Part shown: in pieces, positions 1-9,418 of the stretch
Layout: every line of letters starts with the position of its first letter
How positions within the stretch are numbered: position 1 is the first letter of the stretch
Source of the DNA: Bacteroidales bacterium
GTDB lineage: Bacteria > Bacteroidota > Bacteroidia > Bacteroidales > WCHB1-69
Reading direction: 5' to 3'
NCBI GenBank assembly: GCA_017617445.1
Contig: JAFZWE010000014.1
Location: forward strand, 82 to 64,081
Length of the DNA stretch: 64,000 nt
Translations under genes and position numbers: made by a program
Notes under the pieces: generated by a model
Seen by the model: the letters and a program-made list of their open reading frames with translations, nothing else
Told to the model about the DNA's origin: nothing
Database searches by the model: none

Positions 1-760
1 GCAGTTCACCGTGGCTGAGCCCGTGGCGGGTGTCACCGTGAATGCAGGCATGTCAACCGTGTAGGTAAATGTGTAGGTAGCCGTGTTATGGGCGCAATCC
101 TCATAGGTGTACACATACACAATATCGCCCTCGCAGGCAACCGCGCTCGGCGTGGTCGTGAGCGTCGGCGTCAGCGTGTTGCCGCAGCGGTCTGTCACCG
201 TCGGCAAGGTGATCTGGCTGCCATCCACTCCCGCGGCCTTGGCGTCGGCAGGGCAGTTCACCGTGGCTGAGCCTGTGCTCGGTGTCACCGTGAACGCAGG
301 CATGTCGATCGTATAGGTAAATGTGTAGTCGTGCGCATGATTTGCACAATCTGTAAACGTATAGACATACGTCACCGTACCTTCGCAGCTCGGCATCGCC
401 GTCGGGTAACCCGACTTCAGCGTGCCGGTCAATGTGTTGCCGCAGGCGTCCGTGACTGTCGGAAGCGTGATACTTGTGCCGGACACATCGGCAGCCTTAA
501 CGTCAGCGGGACAATTCACCGTAGCGCTGCCTGTGCTCGGCGTAATGGTGAAGTCCGGCATGTTCAACGTGATCGTCTGATTCACCGTGCTGCTGTTGCC
601 GCACGCGTCGGTCACCGTGTACGTTCTGGTGAATGTCTTCGCGCAGGCGCCGCTCAACGCGCCGTCACTGCTCGTCACCGTCAGGTCGGCGTTGGCCGTG
701 CAGTTGTCGCTGATGGTCAGGCCCTTGCTCGTCAGGTAGCCGATAGTGTTCGTTGCAGCG
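1..760 (-). repeat. Three tandem coding modules of about 252 nt (about 84 aa, HYR-like) at the left edge
   Basis: gcagttcaccgtggctgagcc occurs at 1-21 and 253-273. A diverged third copy (acaattcaccgtagcgctgcc) starts near 511. The peptides are DMPAFTVTP.TGSATVNCPAD... three times. Confidence 0.8.
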
Positions 761-3700
761 GGAGCGTCTGCATACACGCAGCCCGACACCGTCTCGCCCG
801 CCATCGTGCCGCTGATCGTCGGAGCGGTCAGATCCTGAACCAAGAAGCTTTGCGTCGCCTCCTGTGACACACATCCGTTATTATCTGTCACGGTCAAACT
901 CACCGTGTATGTTTTGCCGCACTGGCCCGTGGCTGCTTCAGTCACCGTAGTGCTGGCCGCATTGGCTGTGTTGGCATCTCCTCCCCAAGTGTAGGTGGTG
1001 TATGTTCCTGAGCCGCCGTTGACCGTGGCGCTCACGTTGAACGGTCCGCTGAACGGACACGCATTGGAAGGAACCGTGATGCTTTGGACGACCGGCAGCG
1101 CGTTCACCGTCACCGTCTGGCTGGCCGTGGCTGAACAGTGGGTGGTGGTATTCGTGGCCGTCACCGTGTAGGTGCCCGCCGTGCTGATTGATGAGGTGGT
1201 GGCGTTGCTGCCCAGTCCGTCGCTCCATGCAAAGCTGCAGTCGCTCGCGCTGGCCGTCAGAGTGGTGTTCTGACCCTGACAAATTTCTGTTGTACCGGAT
1301 ATGGTCACCACCGGCAGCGCGTTCACCGTCACCGTCTGGGTCGCCGTGGCAGAACAGCCGTTGTTGCCCGTTACCGACACCGTGTAGGTCTTGCTGCCCG
1401 CAGAGGCCGGTGTCACCGTGATGTTCGCGGTGGTCAGGTTGGAGGGCAATCCTGCATCGGCACTTGCCGATGACCATGAGTAGGTCGGTGAAGTCGCACC
1501 GGTCACGTTGGAGGAAACCGTCGTGCTCGCGCCCAAACAGATGGGCGAGGTGGAGACCGTCGGGGAAACCGTCAGCGTGTTCGCTGGAATGACTACCGTC
1601 ACTTGCTTGCTCTGCGGGTTGTTGCAGGCATCTTTCACCGTTACCGTCACCGTGATGTTTTGGGCGACATTGGTCTGTGCATATTCCGCGCCTGCCGCAG
1701 GGCTCTGGCTCACAAAGGTGATCGCACCGCCGCAACCGTCACTGCTTGCGGCCACTGCAGCGGAAGAGAGGTCAGGGATGGTGTACTTGCAGTTTCCTGC
1801 AGCCACCGGCGCAAGACTTCCTGCCGCCAGTTCGCCGATCGTAGGCGCCGTCTGGTCGCCGCCGCTCACATACTGCGTCTTCGTCTCCGTGTTACAACCG
1901 TCTGAAATAGTAAATGTACGCGTAATCTTCCAGTTGCAGTTGTCGGTCAAGGTCTGCTCATCCGTATGCTCCACCGTGATGGTACGGCTACAGTTGGAAG
2001 AGTACATGGCTTGCACCTGGGCATCCGTCTTCAACCGCGAGGCATTGCTTGTGGAATAGCAGGCGTTCACGTTTTCAATATCCGTCAGTCCGTTGTTCGT
2101 GAAGGTCAACGTCGGGGCGGAAATCGTGTAAACGTATGTCCAATCGTGGCTGTGACCAGCGCAGTCTGTAAATGTGTAAACGTATGTCACCGTGCCGGCG
2201 CAGGTCGGCATCGCCGTCGGGTAGCCGCTCTTCGGAACGCCGTTAATAGGAGTGCTGCAGGCATCCGTAACTGGCGGAAGCTGCGGGGCGGCGACATCCG
2301 TGGAGCAGGCCACCGTTGTACCGCCGTCAGCGGGCATCGTGAAGTCTGGCATGTTCAGCGTGATCGTCTGCGTCACCGTTGCCGACATGCTGCAAGTGTT
2401 CGACACCGTGTAGGTTCTGGAGAAGTACCTTGTACATGAGCCACTCACTGGGCTATCGCTGTGGCTCACGGAAAGTGTGCCGCAATAGTTCGTGATACCT
2501 GCGCCCGTTCCTTGCAGAGCCGCTTCCAGCTCCGCCACGGTTGAATATGCCTCAACATCGGTTGTCGCGCAGCCGCTCACTGTCAGTGCGGGCAGCGTAC
2601 CCGTGATGGTCACGTTCGGCTGAGTCACCTCCAACGTGTACTCGCACGTGGCGGTGTTGTAGTTCGCGTGCGTGGCGCGCACTTTCACGGCCTGCGTGCC
2701 CACTTGCGTGATGCCCGCCACCGTGGTGCTCCACGTTGCACCGTTGTCCTTGCTGTATTCGATGACGATGCTGCTGTTGTCGCTGCTGACAACGCCCGTG
2801 GCCGTGGCCGCAGGATGCAGCTCGGTGCCGTCATAGATCTTCGTCAACGCGCTGCCGCTCGGGCAGGTCAGCGTGATGTTGGCCTTGGTAATCGTAAACG
2901 TGCCAGGCTGCACCGTGACGGTGTAGTTCGGGTTGTTGCCCGCCGTCGCAGTCACTGTGATGGCGTAGGTGCCTACGTTCTCGCCCGCCGCACGCGCCAC
3001 CGTGTAAACCGGGTTGGCGCCGTTGGCCGGCTTGCCCGTCACCGTAGCAGTAAGAGGGCTGGGATCGGCCGTGCCATACACCTTCGAAGCGTTGTTAGCG
3101 GTGATGGTGATGGGCACCTTGTTGATGGTCAGCGTGCCGTTGGTCCTGTTCACGATGAACTGGGAGGTCACATTGTTGTTGTTGGCGTCCTTCACCACGG
3201 CTGTTCCTGAAATGGTGGTGGTGTAGCTGCCGGCGTTGGTTCCGGATGCGCTGGCCGTCAAACCGCTCACCGTGTACTGGTGTCCATCCACCGTGAAGCT
3301 CAGCGTCTGGAAGCCGGAAACAGATTTCGACGTACCATCGTAATTGTATGTGGCGCTGTTGGCCACCACCGTAACCTCGTACTTGTTGGTACGGTTGGTC
3401 ACCGTCAGCGTGCCTTCATTCTGCGTGATGTTGTAGTTGGTGGTGTTGGCTCCGTCCGTCAGCGTGTAGCCAAACGCATTGGCACTGCTGCCCACGAGAG
3501 TCTGCGAACCCGTGAAACTATAGGTTACTCCATGACCGGAAACCCAGCCATCGCCTGTCACGTTGACGTTGTGATTAGTCAGCGGACTGCCGTCGTACTC
3601 TTTGGAATCGTTAACGGAAGTGAGCGTGATATTACGCTGGTTGATGTTCAGCGTGCCGCCCACGTAGGTAAAGCTGTAGTTGCCGGTGCTGCCGCCGCTG

Positions 3701-5979
3701 ACCGCCGCCGCACTCGGTGTAATGGTGTATTGTCCTGCATTTGTTCCCTGACCATTCAACTTAATGCTCGTGAGCGAATGGCCCGACACTAAGCCTGTCA
3801 CCGAAACCTTTGAGCTGATGCCCGAAGTGTAGGTGGCGTTGTTTTCGCCCTGTGCCGAACCGTTGTAGGTGTAGGTCTGCGCCAAAGCTGTAATGGTCAC
3901 TGGCATCTTGTTGATCGTCAGCTTGCCTTTCGTCTGCGTACTCAGTGTGTAGTTGGCTGTCACATTCGTGCCACCACTCATCACCCTGAAATCGTTGCCG
4001 TACGAACCGTTGTCGTAGGGCGTTGTGGATGCGTTAGTACCAGACGATGCGTTATAGGTGATCGTGGCCGTGTGACCGCTCACCACATTGCTGAACGTGT
4101 AAGCAGTATTGCCCGACTGCTGGCTGCCGTTGTAGGTAACCGTTTTGTCCGCCACGGAAACCGTGACCGGACGTTGGTTCACCGTCAACGTGTAATTACA
4201 CTCTGAAGCCGTGTAGTTTGAGTTCGAAATTCTCACTCTCACCGCCTGAGTGCCCGCATTGGTGATGCTCGGAGCAGTGGAGCTCCATGTGCTACCATTG
4301 TTCGTACTATACTGTATGTTGGCATTTTCGTTGTTGACGACGCCTGATACTGTCGCAGTAGGCTGCAGGGCAGAGCCATCGTACGTCTTTGTGATGGCTG
4401 TCCCGCTTGGACAGTTCAGCGTTATCGTTTTCGGGTTCACCGTGATGGTACCCGACGCCGTGGCCGTGGCGCAGTTGCCCGCATCCGTCACCGATACGGT
4501 GTAGTTGTAGGTGCCCACGGCATTCGGAGTGCCGACAATATGGCCTGTGCCAGAGTTGTATGCTACCCCTCCAGGCAAGCCGGTAGTGCCACTCACACTG
4601 CCATACGGACTGGTGACCACGTTGATGTCCACAGACTGCCCGTAGGTGAGGGTGGGCGACAACGGACTCGGGTTCACCGTTACCTGCGGCCGCACCGTGA
4701 GGGTGTAGCTTCCGGTGGACTGCGCAAAATCAGTACTGTTCTGGTCTTTCACCCATCGGGTGAAGACATGTTCGCCCGCCTGCGTGTTGTAGGTGCCAAC
4801 AGGAGGCGTGTAGGTGGCGCCCGTGGCGCCCGATATTACATTGGTAGTGCCGTTGTAAGTATGCCTCCACTGATAAGTATACGGAGCAACGCCGTCGGGA
4901 GCGGTGGCCTGTGTGATCTGGGGCAGCGCGGCCGTGCTGCCGTAGCAAATGGTGGAGCTGCTGGTGGTGATGGAACCCGGACAGAACGAGCTTACAACAT
5001 GCTTGATGCTGCTGGAGTTGCATGCCCAGTTTCGAAGGTTGTCGGAATACCAAGTGGTGCCCGGTGCCGGATTCGATAGGTTTTTGGTGGAGGAATATCC
5101 ATAAGTATCAAGTCCATTAATAGAAACAAGTTGGGCTCCATAAATAACACCAGGACTCTGTTCATTTATATACGGCTGACCATCATTCAAACTATAAGCC
5201 TCTAAAACCTGACCCGATTCCACTGGCTTGACACTGGTAAGAGCAACGTAGTCGATTCTAATTGTGACTTCAACACCACTATGAGGACTTATTGGATCCA
5301 GTCTCCACCCTGTGATGTTTCCATTTGTTGTCCATTGCGGATGCTTGGAAGCATCAATTACAACAGTAACAGACTGACCAAAATTAGGATAATTCCCATC
5401 GCTGTGATATACTCTAAGCATACGGACGGGTGTCGCACCTGAGGCACGTTCAGCATTCCAGAAAAACTCAAACCTTTGGGCAAAAGCTGCATTTCCCGTC
5501 ACTTGATAGTGGATTATGAAATATTTATATATATTCGGGTCAAACGATCCCAAGTTATTCATCAAAATTTGCACATCACCCGTTGCGGAAATCGTCGAAT
5601 ACCCTGCATCATTGGAGATCGACGTATAGTTAACTGAATTTGAACTAGAGAGTTGGAAGTTACCAGTGGCTCCAAAGTCAGCAGAGTATGCCACTGGTGG
5701 GTTCGTGGCCGACCAAAGCACCTTGGGACTAGAACCCACCCCTGTATGCTCAAGTGTGACACTCGAGCCGCTACAGGTGTTGTAATACTGGGTTGAGCCT
5801 CCCTGTCCGTTAGGGGTACACTGCGCCCAGCCTTTCCCCACACCCAAGAGGGTGATGGCGAAGGTGAAAAGGAGGGCGAGGGCAAGCGGCATCCCGCGTT
5901 TCCCTGTCCGAAGGGCATCCATCCGGCGGTTGGTCATTCCTTGATTTTCCTGTTCTGAAAAGGTAATTGGTTTATTCAT
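1..5979 (-). CDS. Giant repetitive cell-surface (adhesin-like) protein. This is the N-terminal 1993 codons; the 3' end runs off the left edge of the window.
   Basis: I translated the minus frame whose first codon is at 5979-5977 by hand. It starts at ATG 5979 (alternative ATGs at 5937 and 5892) and reads MNKPITFSEQ...MPLALALLFTFAITLLGVGKGWAQ (signal-like), with no stop down to nt 1. The ORF track lists no minus ORF in this frame anywhere in 1-5979, as expected for an ORF with no in-window stop. Motifs: K.YDGS and KVYGTADP...GTYAIT (MBG YDG/YGX-type repeats); repeated NMPDFT..TVNCPAD..PTVTDACGN..YVYTFTDCA.H modules (HYR-like); TYTVSVTGNNGCSATATQTVTVNALP (Ig-like). Confidence 0.85.
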   Translation of the reverse strand, partial: MNKPITFSEQENQGMTNRRMDALRTGKRGMPLALALLFTFAITLLGVGKGWAQCTPNGQGGSTQYYNTCSGSSVTLEHTGVGSSPKVLWSATNPPVAYSADFGATGNFQLSSSNSVNYTSISNDAGYSTISATGDVQILMNNLGSFDPNIYKYFIIHYQVTGNAAFAQRFEFFWNAERASGATPVRMLRVYHSDGNYPNFGQSVTVVIDASKHPQWTTNGNITGWRLDPISPHSGVEVTIRIDYVALTSVKPVESGQVLEAYSLNDGQPYINEQSPGVIYGAQLVSINGLDTYGYSSTKNLSNPAPGTTWYSDNLRNWACNSSSIKHVVSSFCPGSITTSSSTICYGSTAALPQITQATAPDGVAPYTYQWRHTYNGTTNVISGATGATYTPPVGTYNTQAGEHVFTRWVKDQNSTDFAQSTGSYTLTVRPQVTVNPSPLSPTLTYGQSVDINVVTSPYGSVSGTTGLPGGVAYNSGTGHIVGTPNAVGTYNYTVSVTDAGNCATATASGTITVNPKTITLNCPSGTAITKTYDGSALQPTATVSGVVNNENANIQYSTNNGSTWSSTAPSITNAGTQAVRVRISNSNYTASECNYTLTVNQRPVTVSVADKTVTYNGSQQSGNTAYTFSNVVSGHTATITYNASSGTNASTTPYDNGSYGNDFRVMSGGTNVTANYTLSTQTKGKLTINKMPVTITALAQTYTYNGSAQGENNATYTSGISSKVSVTGLVSGHSLTSIKLNGQGTNAGQYTITPSAAAVSGGSTGNYSFTYVGGTLNINQRNITLTSVNDSKEYDGSPLTNHNVNVTGDGWVSGHGVTYSFTGSQTLVGSSANAFGYTLTDGANTTNYNITQNEGTLTVTNRTNKYEVTVVANSATYNYDGTSKSVSGFQTLSFTVDGHQYTVSGLTASASGTNAGSYTTTISGTAVVKDANNNNVTSQFIVNRTNGTLTINKVPITITANNASKVYGTADPSPLTATVTGKPANGANPVYTVARAAGENVGTYAITVTATAGNNPNYTVTVQPGTFTITKANITLTCPSGSALTKIYDGTELHPAATATGVVSSDNSSIVIEYSKDNGATWSTTVAGITQVGTQAVKVRATHANYNTATCEYTLEVTQPNVTITGTLPALTVSGCATTDVEAYSTVAELEAALQGTGAGITNYCGTLSVSHSDSPVSGSCTRYFSRTYTVSNTCSMSATVTQTITLNMPDFTMPADGGTTVACSTDVAAPQLPPVTDACSTPINGVPKSGYPTAMPTCAGTVTYVYTFTDCAGHSHDWTYVYTISAPTLTFTNNGLTDIENVNACYSTSNASRLKTDAQVQAMYSSNCSRTITVEHTDEQTLTDNCNWKITRTFTISDGCNTETKTQYVSGGDQTAPTIGELAAGSLAPVAAGNCKYTIPDLSSAAVAASSDGCGGAITFVSQSPAAGAEYAQTNVAQNITVTVTVKDACNNPQSKQVTVVIPANTLTVSPTVSTSPICLGASTTVSSNVTGATSPTYSWSSASADAGLPSNLTTANITVTPASAGSKTYTVSVTGNNGCSATATQTVTVNALPVVTISGTTEICQGQNTTLTASASDCSFAWSDGLGSNATTSSISTAGTYTVTATNTTTHCSATASQTVTVNALPVVQSITVPSNACPFSGPFNVSATVNGGSGTYTTYTWGGDANTANAASTTVTEAATGQCGKTYTVSLTVTDNNGCVSQEATQSFLVQDLTAPTISGTMAGETVSGCVYADAPAATNTIGYLTSKGLTISDNCTANADLTVTSSDGALSGACAKTFTRTYTVTDACGNSSTVNQTITLNMPDFTITPSTGSATVNCPADVKAADVSGTSITLPTVTDACGNTLTGTLKSGYPTAMPSCEGTVTYVYTFTDCANHAHDYTFTYTIDMPAFTVTPSTGSATVNCPADAKAAGVDGSQITLPTVTDRCGNTLTPTLTTTPSAVACEGDIVYVYTYEDCAHNTATYTFTYTVDMPAFTVTPATGSATVNC

Positions 5980-6209
5980 ATCGTAAGGTTGCTTTTCGTT
6001 CCGTTAATTTATCTGTTTGTTTTTTCGCTAACATGTTCATAACCATACCCATCGCGTGATTTTTTCACAAAACGACACATCCAATGGAGAAAATCCGAAA
6101 AATTTCGCCATTGTCAAGGGAAATCACACCTTGCAATAATATGCAATCGCTTATATATAAATCAGTTCCATGAAGATTAGGAGGTTTTCAACAATTTTCT
6201 CAAAACTTG

Positions 6210-6217
6210 CAAAAATA
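6210..6217 (-). promoter_or_regulatory. Candidate Bacteroidota -7 box (TATTTTTG) upstream of the giant surface-protein gene
   Basis: The reverse complement of caaaaata matches TAnnTTTG. It lies about 230 nt upstream of ATG 5979, which would imply a long leader. Confidence 0.35.
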
Positions 6218-6310
6218 CGTTTTTTTACCTCCCATATCACATTGGGTTTTAAAAAAAGTTGACAAAGTATTGGTAAAAAAATCCCCCCTCCGTTCACCTG
6301 AAATGGCAAT

Positions 6311-6339
6311 AAAAAAAAAGCCGCTCTTTCAAGCGGCTT
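6311..6339 (-). terminator. Rho-independent terminator after tRNA-Lys
   Basis: The minus strand reads AAGCCGCT-TGAAAG-AGCGGCTT followed by a T run of at least 8. Confidence 0.8.
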
Positions 6340-6342
6340 GCG

Positions 6343-6415
6343 TGTCTCAGCTGGGATTCGAACCCAGGACCCCATCCTTAAAAGGGATGTGCTCTACCTG
6401 CTGAGCTACTGGGAC
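6343..6415 (-). tRNA. tRNA-Lys (anticodon UUU)
   Basis: The minus strand reads GTCCCAG-TA-GCTC-AGCAGGTA-GAGC-A-CATCC-CTTTTAA-GGATG-GGGTC-CTGGG-TTCGAAT-CCCAG-CTGAGAC-A. This is a cloverleaf with one acceptor-stem mismatch and anticodon TTT. Confidence 0.9.
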
Positions 6416-6431
6416 TCCATTAAATGGGCTG

Positions 6432-6439
6432 CAAAAATA
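6432..6439 (-). promoter_or_regulatory. -7 box TATTTTTG for tRNA-Lys
   Basis: Matches TAnnTTTG, 16 nt upstream of the tRNA 5' end. Confidence 0.6.
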
Positions 6440-6511
6440 CAATTATATTTGACACAAACAAGAGTTTGAAAAAAATTTTTTATTTTGATAAAAAACTTAT
6501 TTTCAATAAAA

Positions 6512-6543
6512 TAAAAAAGAAGAGCATAACACAGCTCCTCTTT
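6512..6543 (-). terminator. Rho-independent terminator after arcC
   Basis: The minus strand reads AAGAGGAGC-TGTGTTAT-GCTCTTCTT (one G:U pair) followed by TTTTTT, about 20 nt after the arcC stop. Confidence 0.6.
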
Positions 6544-6563
6544 GGGTGGTATTTTTTCGGAAT

Positions 6564-7502
6564 TTATCTCACAATTCTTGTACCGCAGACGGGGTTTCCA
6601 AGCTGACCGGCTTCGGTGATGATGCACTCGGCGCCGCCGCTTTCAACGAAGTAAATGGCGGCACGGATTTTCGGAGCCATGGAACCTTCGGTGAAATGAC
6701 CTTCCTCCAGATACTGCTTGGCCTCTGCCACCGTGATGGTGTCTAAGGCTTTTTCGCCGGGCTTTTTGAAATTGAGGTACACTTTCGGCACATCGGTGAG
6801 AATGTAGAACTCGTCGGCGCCAATCTCCACAGCCGTCAGTGCAGAGGCCAGATCCTTGTCGATGACAGCCTCCACGCCGTACATACAGCCCTCCTTCACA
6901 ATCACCGGGATGCCGCCGCCGCCCACCGTCACCACGATGTGGCCAGCTTCAGACAACTGCTTCACTATCTCAATGTTAGCTACCTTCAGCGGCTTCGGGG
7001 AGGCCACCACTTTGCGCCAACCGTTGCCCTTGGGGTCTTCGCGGAAGATGGCACCCGTCTCCGCGGCATACTCCTCCGCTTCCTCTTCCGTATAGTAGGG
7101 CCCCACCGGCTTGGTAGGGTTCTTGAACATCGGGTCTTCCCCATTCACCTCCACCTGCGTCACCAAGGTGACCACATTTTTCCGGATGCCTTCCTTGACG
7201 AAAATGTTGCGGAAGGCCTGTTCAATCAGATAACCGATAGAGCCCTGGGTCTCCGAAACGCAGAAATCCATCGGCATGATGGGAAGCTCAAAGCTCTTGT
7301 TGCCCGCCTCATGCTGCAGCATCACATTGCCCACCTGGGGGCCGTTGCCATGCCCGATAACGATATTATAGTCCTGCTTCACCAGTCCCAACAGCGACTC
7401 ACAAGTTTTGGTAACATTCTGAATCTGTTCCTGATAAGTTCCTTTTTGGCCGCTTCTCAACAAGGCGTTTCCTCCAAAAGCGACCACTGCTAATTTTGCC
7501 AT
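6564..7502 (-). CDS. arcC: Carbamate kinase
   Basis: MAKLAVVAFGGNALLRSGQKG...IGHGNGPQVGN is typical carbamate kinase. I chose the start at ATG 7502 rather than the track start at 7607, because a -7 box sits at 7539-7546, inside the longer ORF. Confidence 0.9.
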   Translation of the reverse strand: MAKLAVVAFGGNALLRSGQKGTYQEQIQNVTKTCESLLGLVKQDYNIVIGHGNGPQVGNVMLQHEAGNKSFELPIMPMDFCVSETQGSIGYLIEQAFRNIFVKEGIRKNVVTLVTQVEVNGEDPMFKNPTKPVGPYYTEEEAEEYAAETGAIFREDPKGNGWRKVVASPKPLKVANIEIVKQLSEAGHIVVTVGGGGIPVIVKEGCMYGVEAVIDKDLASALTAVEIGADEFYILTDVPKVYLNFKKPGEKALDTITVAEAKQYLEEGHFTEGSMAPKIRAAIYFVESGGAECIITEAGQLGNPVCGTRIVR

Positions 7503-7538
7503 AACAATGATAATGTTAGTGTTTGAAAAATGAGGGCG

Positions 7539-7546
7539 CAAAAGTA
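7539..7546 (-). promoter_or_regulatory. -7 box TACTTTTG for arcC
   Basis: Matches TAnnTTTG, 37 nt upstream of ATG 7502. Confidence 0.55.
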
Positions 7547-7591
7547 CGATTAAATTAGGAATCGGCACCACATTGCAAGCAATATTTTTCG

Positions 7592-7599
7592 TATTTTTG
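7592..7599 (+). promoter_or_regulatory. -7 box TATTTTTG for the nusB operon
   Basis: Matches TAnnTTTG, 22 nt upstream of ATG 7622. Confidence 0.6.
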
Positions 7600-7621
7600 C
7601 CGCTCAATTATTTTAAACAAG

Positions 7622-8590
7622 ATGATAAGCAGAAGATATTTGAGAATCAAGGTGATGCAGGCGCTTTACGCCAAACAAGCCAACACCGAGGAGGACTTGT
7701 TGACGGGAGAAAAGGAGTTGGAAAAGTCCATCGAGCGTTGCGAAGAGCTTTCATTCCACTTTTATTCCATCTTTCCCGAGATCAAGCGTTACCTTGAAAA
7801 CAAGTTTGAGGAGCGCAAGTCCAAGAATTTCCCAAGCGAGGGCGACTTGAATCCCAACATGAAGTTTGTCAACAACTTGGTTATTGCCCAGATGGAGAAC
7901 AGTCGGCAGCTCAACCGCAAATGGGACGAGTTCAAGATCAACTGGGCGCAGCAGAAAGAGTTGATCATCAAATTATACAACAGTATCACAGAGCTTCCCG
8001 AATATCAGTTGTACATGCAGAACGAGGAGAACAGCTACAAGCAGGACAAGGAGCTGGTGCTGACCATCATTGAAAAGGTTTTTGCGGAGAGCACCCTGTT
8101 GCACTGGTATTTTGAAGAAAAGTTCGTGCATTGGTTTGACGATTACAACGATGCGCTCCTGTTGGTGTACCAGTCCATCACCTTCTGGAAGGCCAGCATG
8201 AAAGAGGTGCAGGCTGCCCCGTTGTACAAGGATGCCGCGGAGGACATTGCCTTTTTCAAGAACCTGTACCGCAAGACGATCAGCAACCGGCGTGAATACA
8301 TGGGCATGATAGAGGAGAACCTCAAGAACTGGGAATCCGACCGCATCATTGAGACGGATAAGATTTTGATGCAGATGGCGATTTGCGAATTGCTGGAATT
8401 TCCCAACATCCCGACGAAGGTCACCATCAACGAATACATTGAAATTGCGAAAACCTACGGGTCTGAAAAGAGCGGCATTTTCATCAACGGGCTGATTGAC
8501 AAGATTGCCAATGAGTTGAGGGAAGAGGGCCGTTTGAAGAAGACCGGGCGTGGGCTGTTAGACAGAAGCATTAACCAAGCAGGAGAGTAA
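7622..8590 (+). CDS. nusB: Transcription antitermination factor NusB (long Bacteroidota form)
   Basis: RRYLRIKVMQALYA at the N-terminus and ELLEFPNIPTKVTINEYIEIAKTYGSEKSGIFINGLIDKI at the C-terminus. Confidence 0.85.
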   Translation: MISRRYLRIKVMQALYAKQANTEEDLLTGEKELEKSIERCEELSFHFYSIFPEIKRYLENKFEERKSKNFPSEGDLNPNMKFVNNLVIAQMENSRQLNRKWDEFKINWAQQKELIIKLYNSITELPEYQLYMQNEENSYKQDKELVLTIIEKVFAESTLLHWYFEEKFVHWFDDYNDALLLVYQSITFWKASMKEVQAAPLYKDAAEDIAFFKNLYRKTISNRREYMGMIEENLKNWESDRIIETDKILMQMAICELLEFPNIPTKVTINEYIEIAKTYGSEKSGIFINGLIDKIANELREEGRLKKTGRGLLDRSINQAGE

Positions 8591-8593
8591 CCG

Positions 8594-9049
8594 ATGAAAA
8601 GAATCATATCCATTGGGGCACTGGCCATTTTTCTCATCTTGATGAACAGCTGTGGTGAAAAGACCGAGCAGACCATCATTCACAATCCGGCGACAGCGGA
8701 GGGGAAGAGGGTGAGCACCAAGGAAGACCCCAACGGTCCCAGGCTCACTTTTGACAAGACCACCCATGATTTCGGCACGGTGATTCAGGGAGAGAAGCTG
8801 ACCTACACCTTCAACTTCACCAATACGGGGAAAGCGCCGCTGGTTATAGAGAACGCCGCGGCCAGCTGTGGATGCACCACCTCCACGCCGCCCAAGGCAC
8901 CCATCAAGCCGGGAGAGAGCGGCAAGATTGACGTCACCTTCGACTCCAAGACCAAAAGCGGGGCGGTGGAGACCAAAGTCCGCGTGGTATCCAACTCCTA
9001 CCCCACCCCGACCGTACTGACCATCAAAGCCAATGTAAAAAAACCATAA
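8594..9049 (+). CDS. DUF1573 domain lipoprotein
   Basis: Lipobox LMNSC. FDKTTHDFGTVIQGEKLTYTFNFTNTGKAPLVIENAAASCGCT is the DUF1573 signature. Confidence 0.85.
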   Translation: MKRIISIGALAIFLILMNSCGEKTEQTIIHNPATAEGKRVSTKEDPNGPRLTFDKTTHDFGTVIQGEKLTYTFNFTNTGKAPLVIENAAASCGCTTSTPPKAPIKPGESGKIDVTFDSKTKSGAVETKVRVVSNSYPTPTVLTIKANVKKP

Positions 9050-9081
9050 GACCAATTATTCACCTTTAAAAAAAGACCATT

Positions 9082-9417
9082 ATGTTCAAATTGTTTATGT
9101 TAACAGCAGGTACCGCAGGCGGAGGCGCACAATCCGGCGGCGGCAGCGGTTGGAGCATGCTTATTTTCTTTGTCGCCATCATCCTGATTTTCTGGCTGTT
9201 CATGATTCGTCCGCAGCAGAAGAAGCAAAAGAAAATTGAAGAGGCTCGCAACTCCCTCTCCAAAGGGGACAAAATCATCACCATCGGCGGCATCCACGGA
9301 AAAATCGTTGATGTGCGCGAAAGCACCTTTATCATTGCCGTGGAAGACAACAGCCACATTGAAATAGAGAAAGCGGCTGTCGCCATCGATGAAAACAAAC
9401 TCAACGAAAGAAAATAA
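9082..9417 (+). CDS. yajC: Preprotein translocase subunit YajC
   Basis: A TM helix followed by MIRPQQKKQKKIEEARNSLSKGDKIITIGGIHGKIVDV. Confidence 0.85.
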   Translation: MFKLFMLTAGTAGGGAQSGGGSGWSMLIFFVAIILIFWLFMIRPQQKKQKKIEEARNSLSKGDKIITIGGIHGKIVDVRESTFIIAVEDNSHIEIEKAAVAIDENKLNERK

Positions 9418-9418
9418 G

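Noticed and set aside
88-5918. About 30 short track ORFs on both strands, for example 331..867 (+), 938..1735 (-), 2668..3210 (+), 3280..3792 (+), 4540..5079 (+) and 5562..5918 (-)
   Set aside because: All lie in frames other than the single open minus frame that ends at 5979. Their peptides are Arg/Gly/His/Val-rich low-complexity strings, typical of shadow ORFs in a GC-rich repetitive gene.
6564-7607. The longer arcC ORF starting at 7607 (track call)
   Set aside because: The extra 35 codons have no carbamate kinase homology, and a TAnnTTTG box sits inside them. ATG 7502 gives the canonical MAKLAVVAFGGNAL N-terminus.
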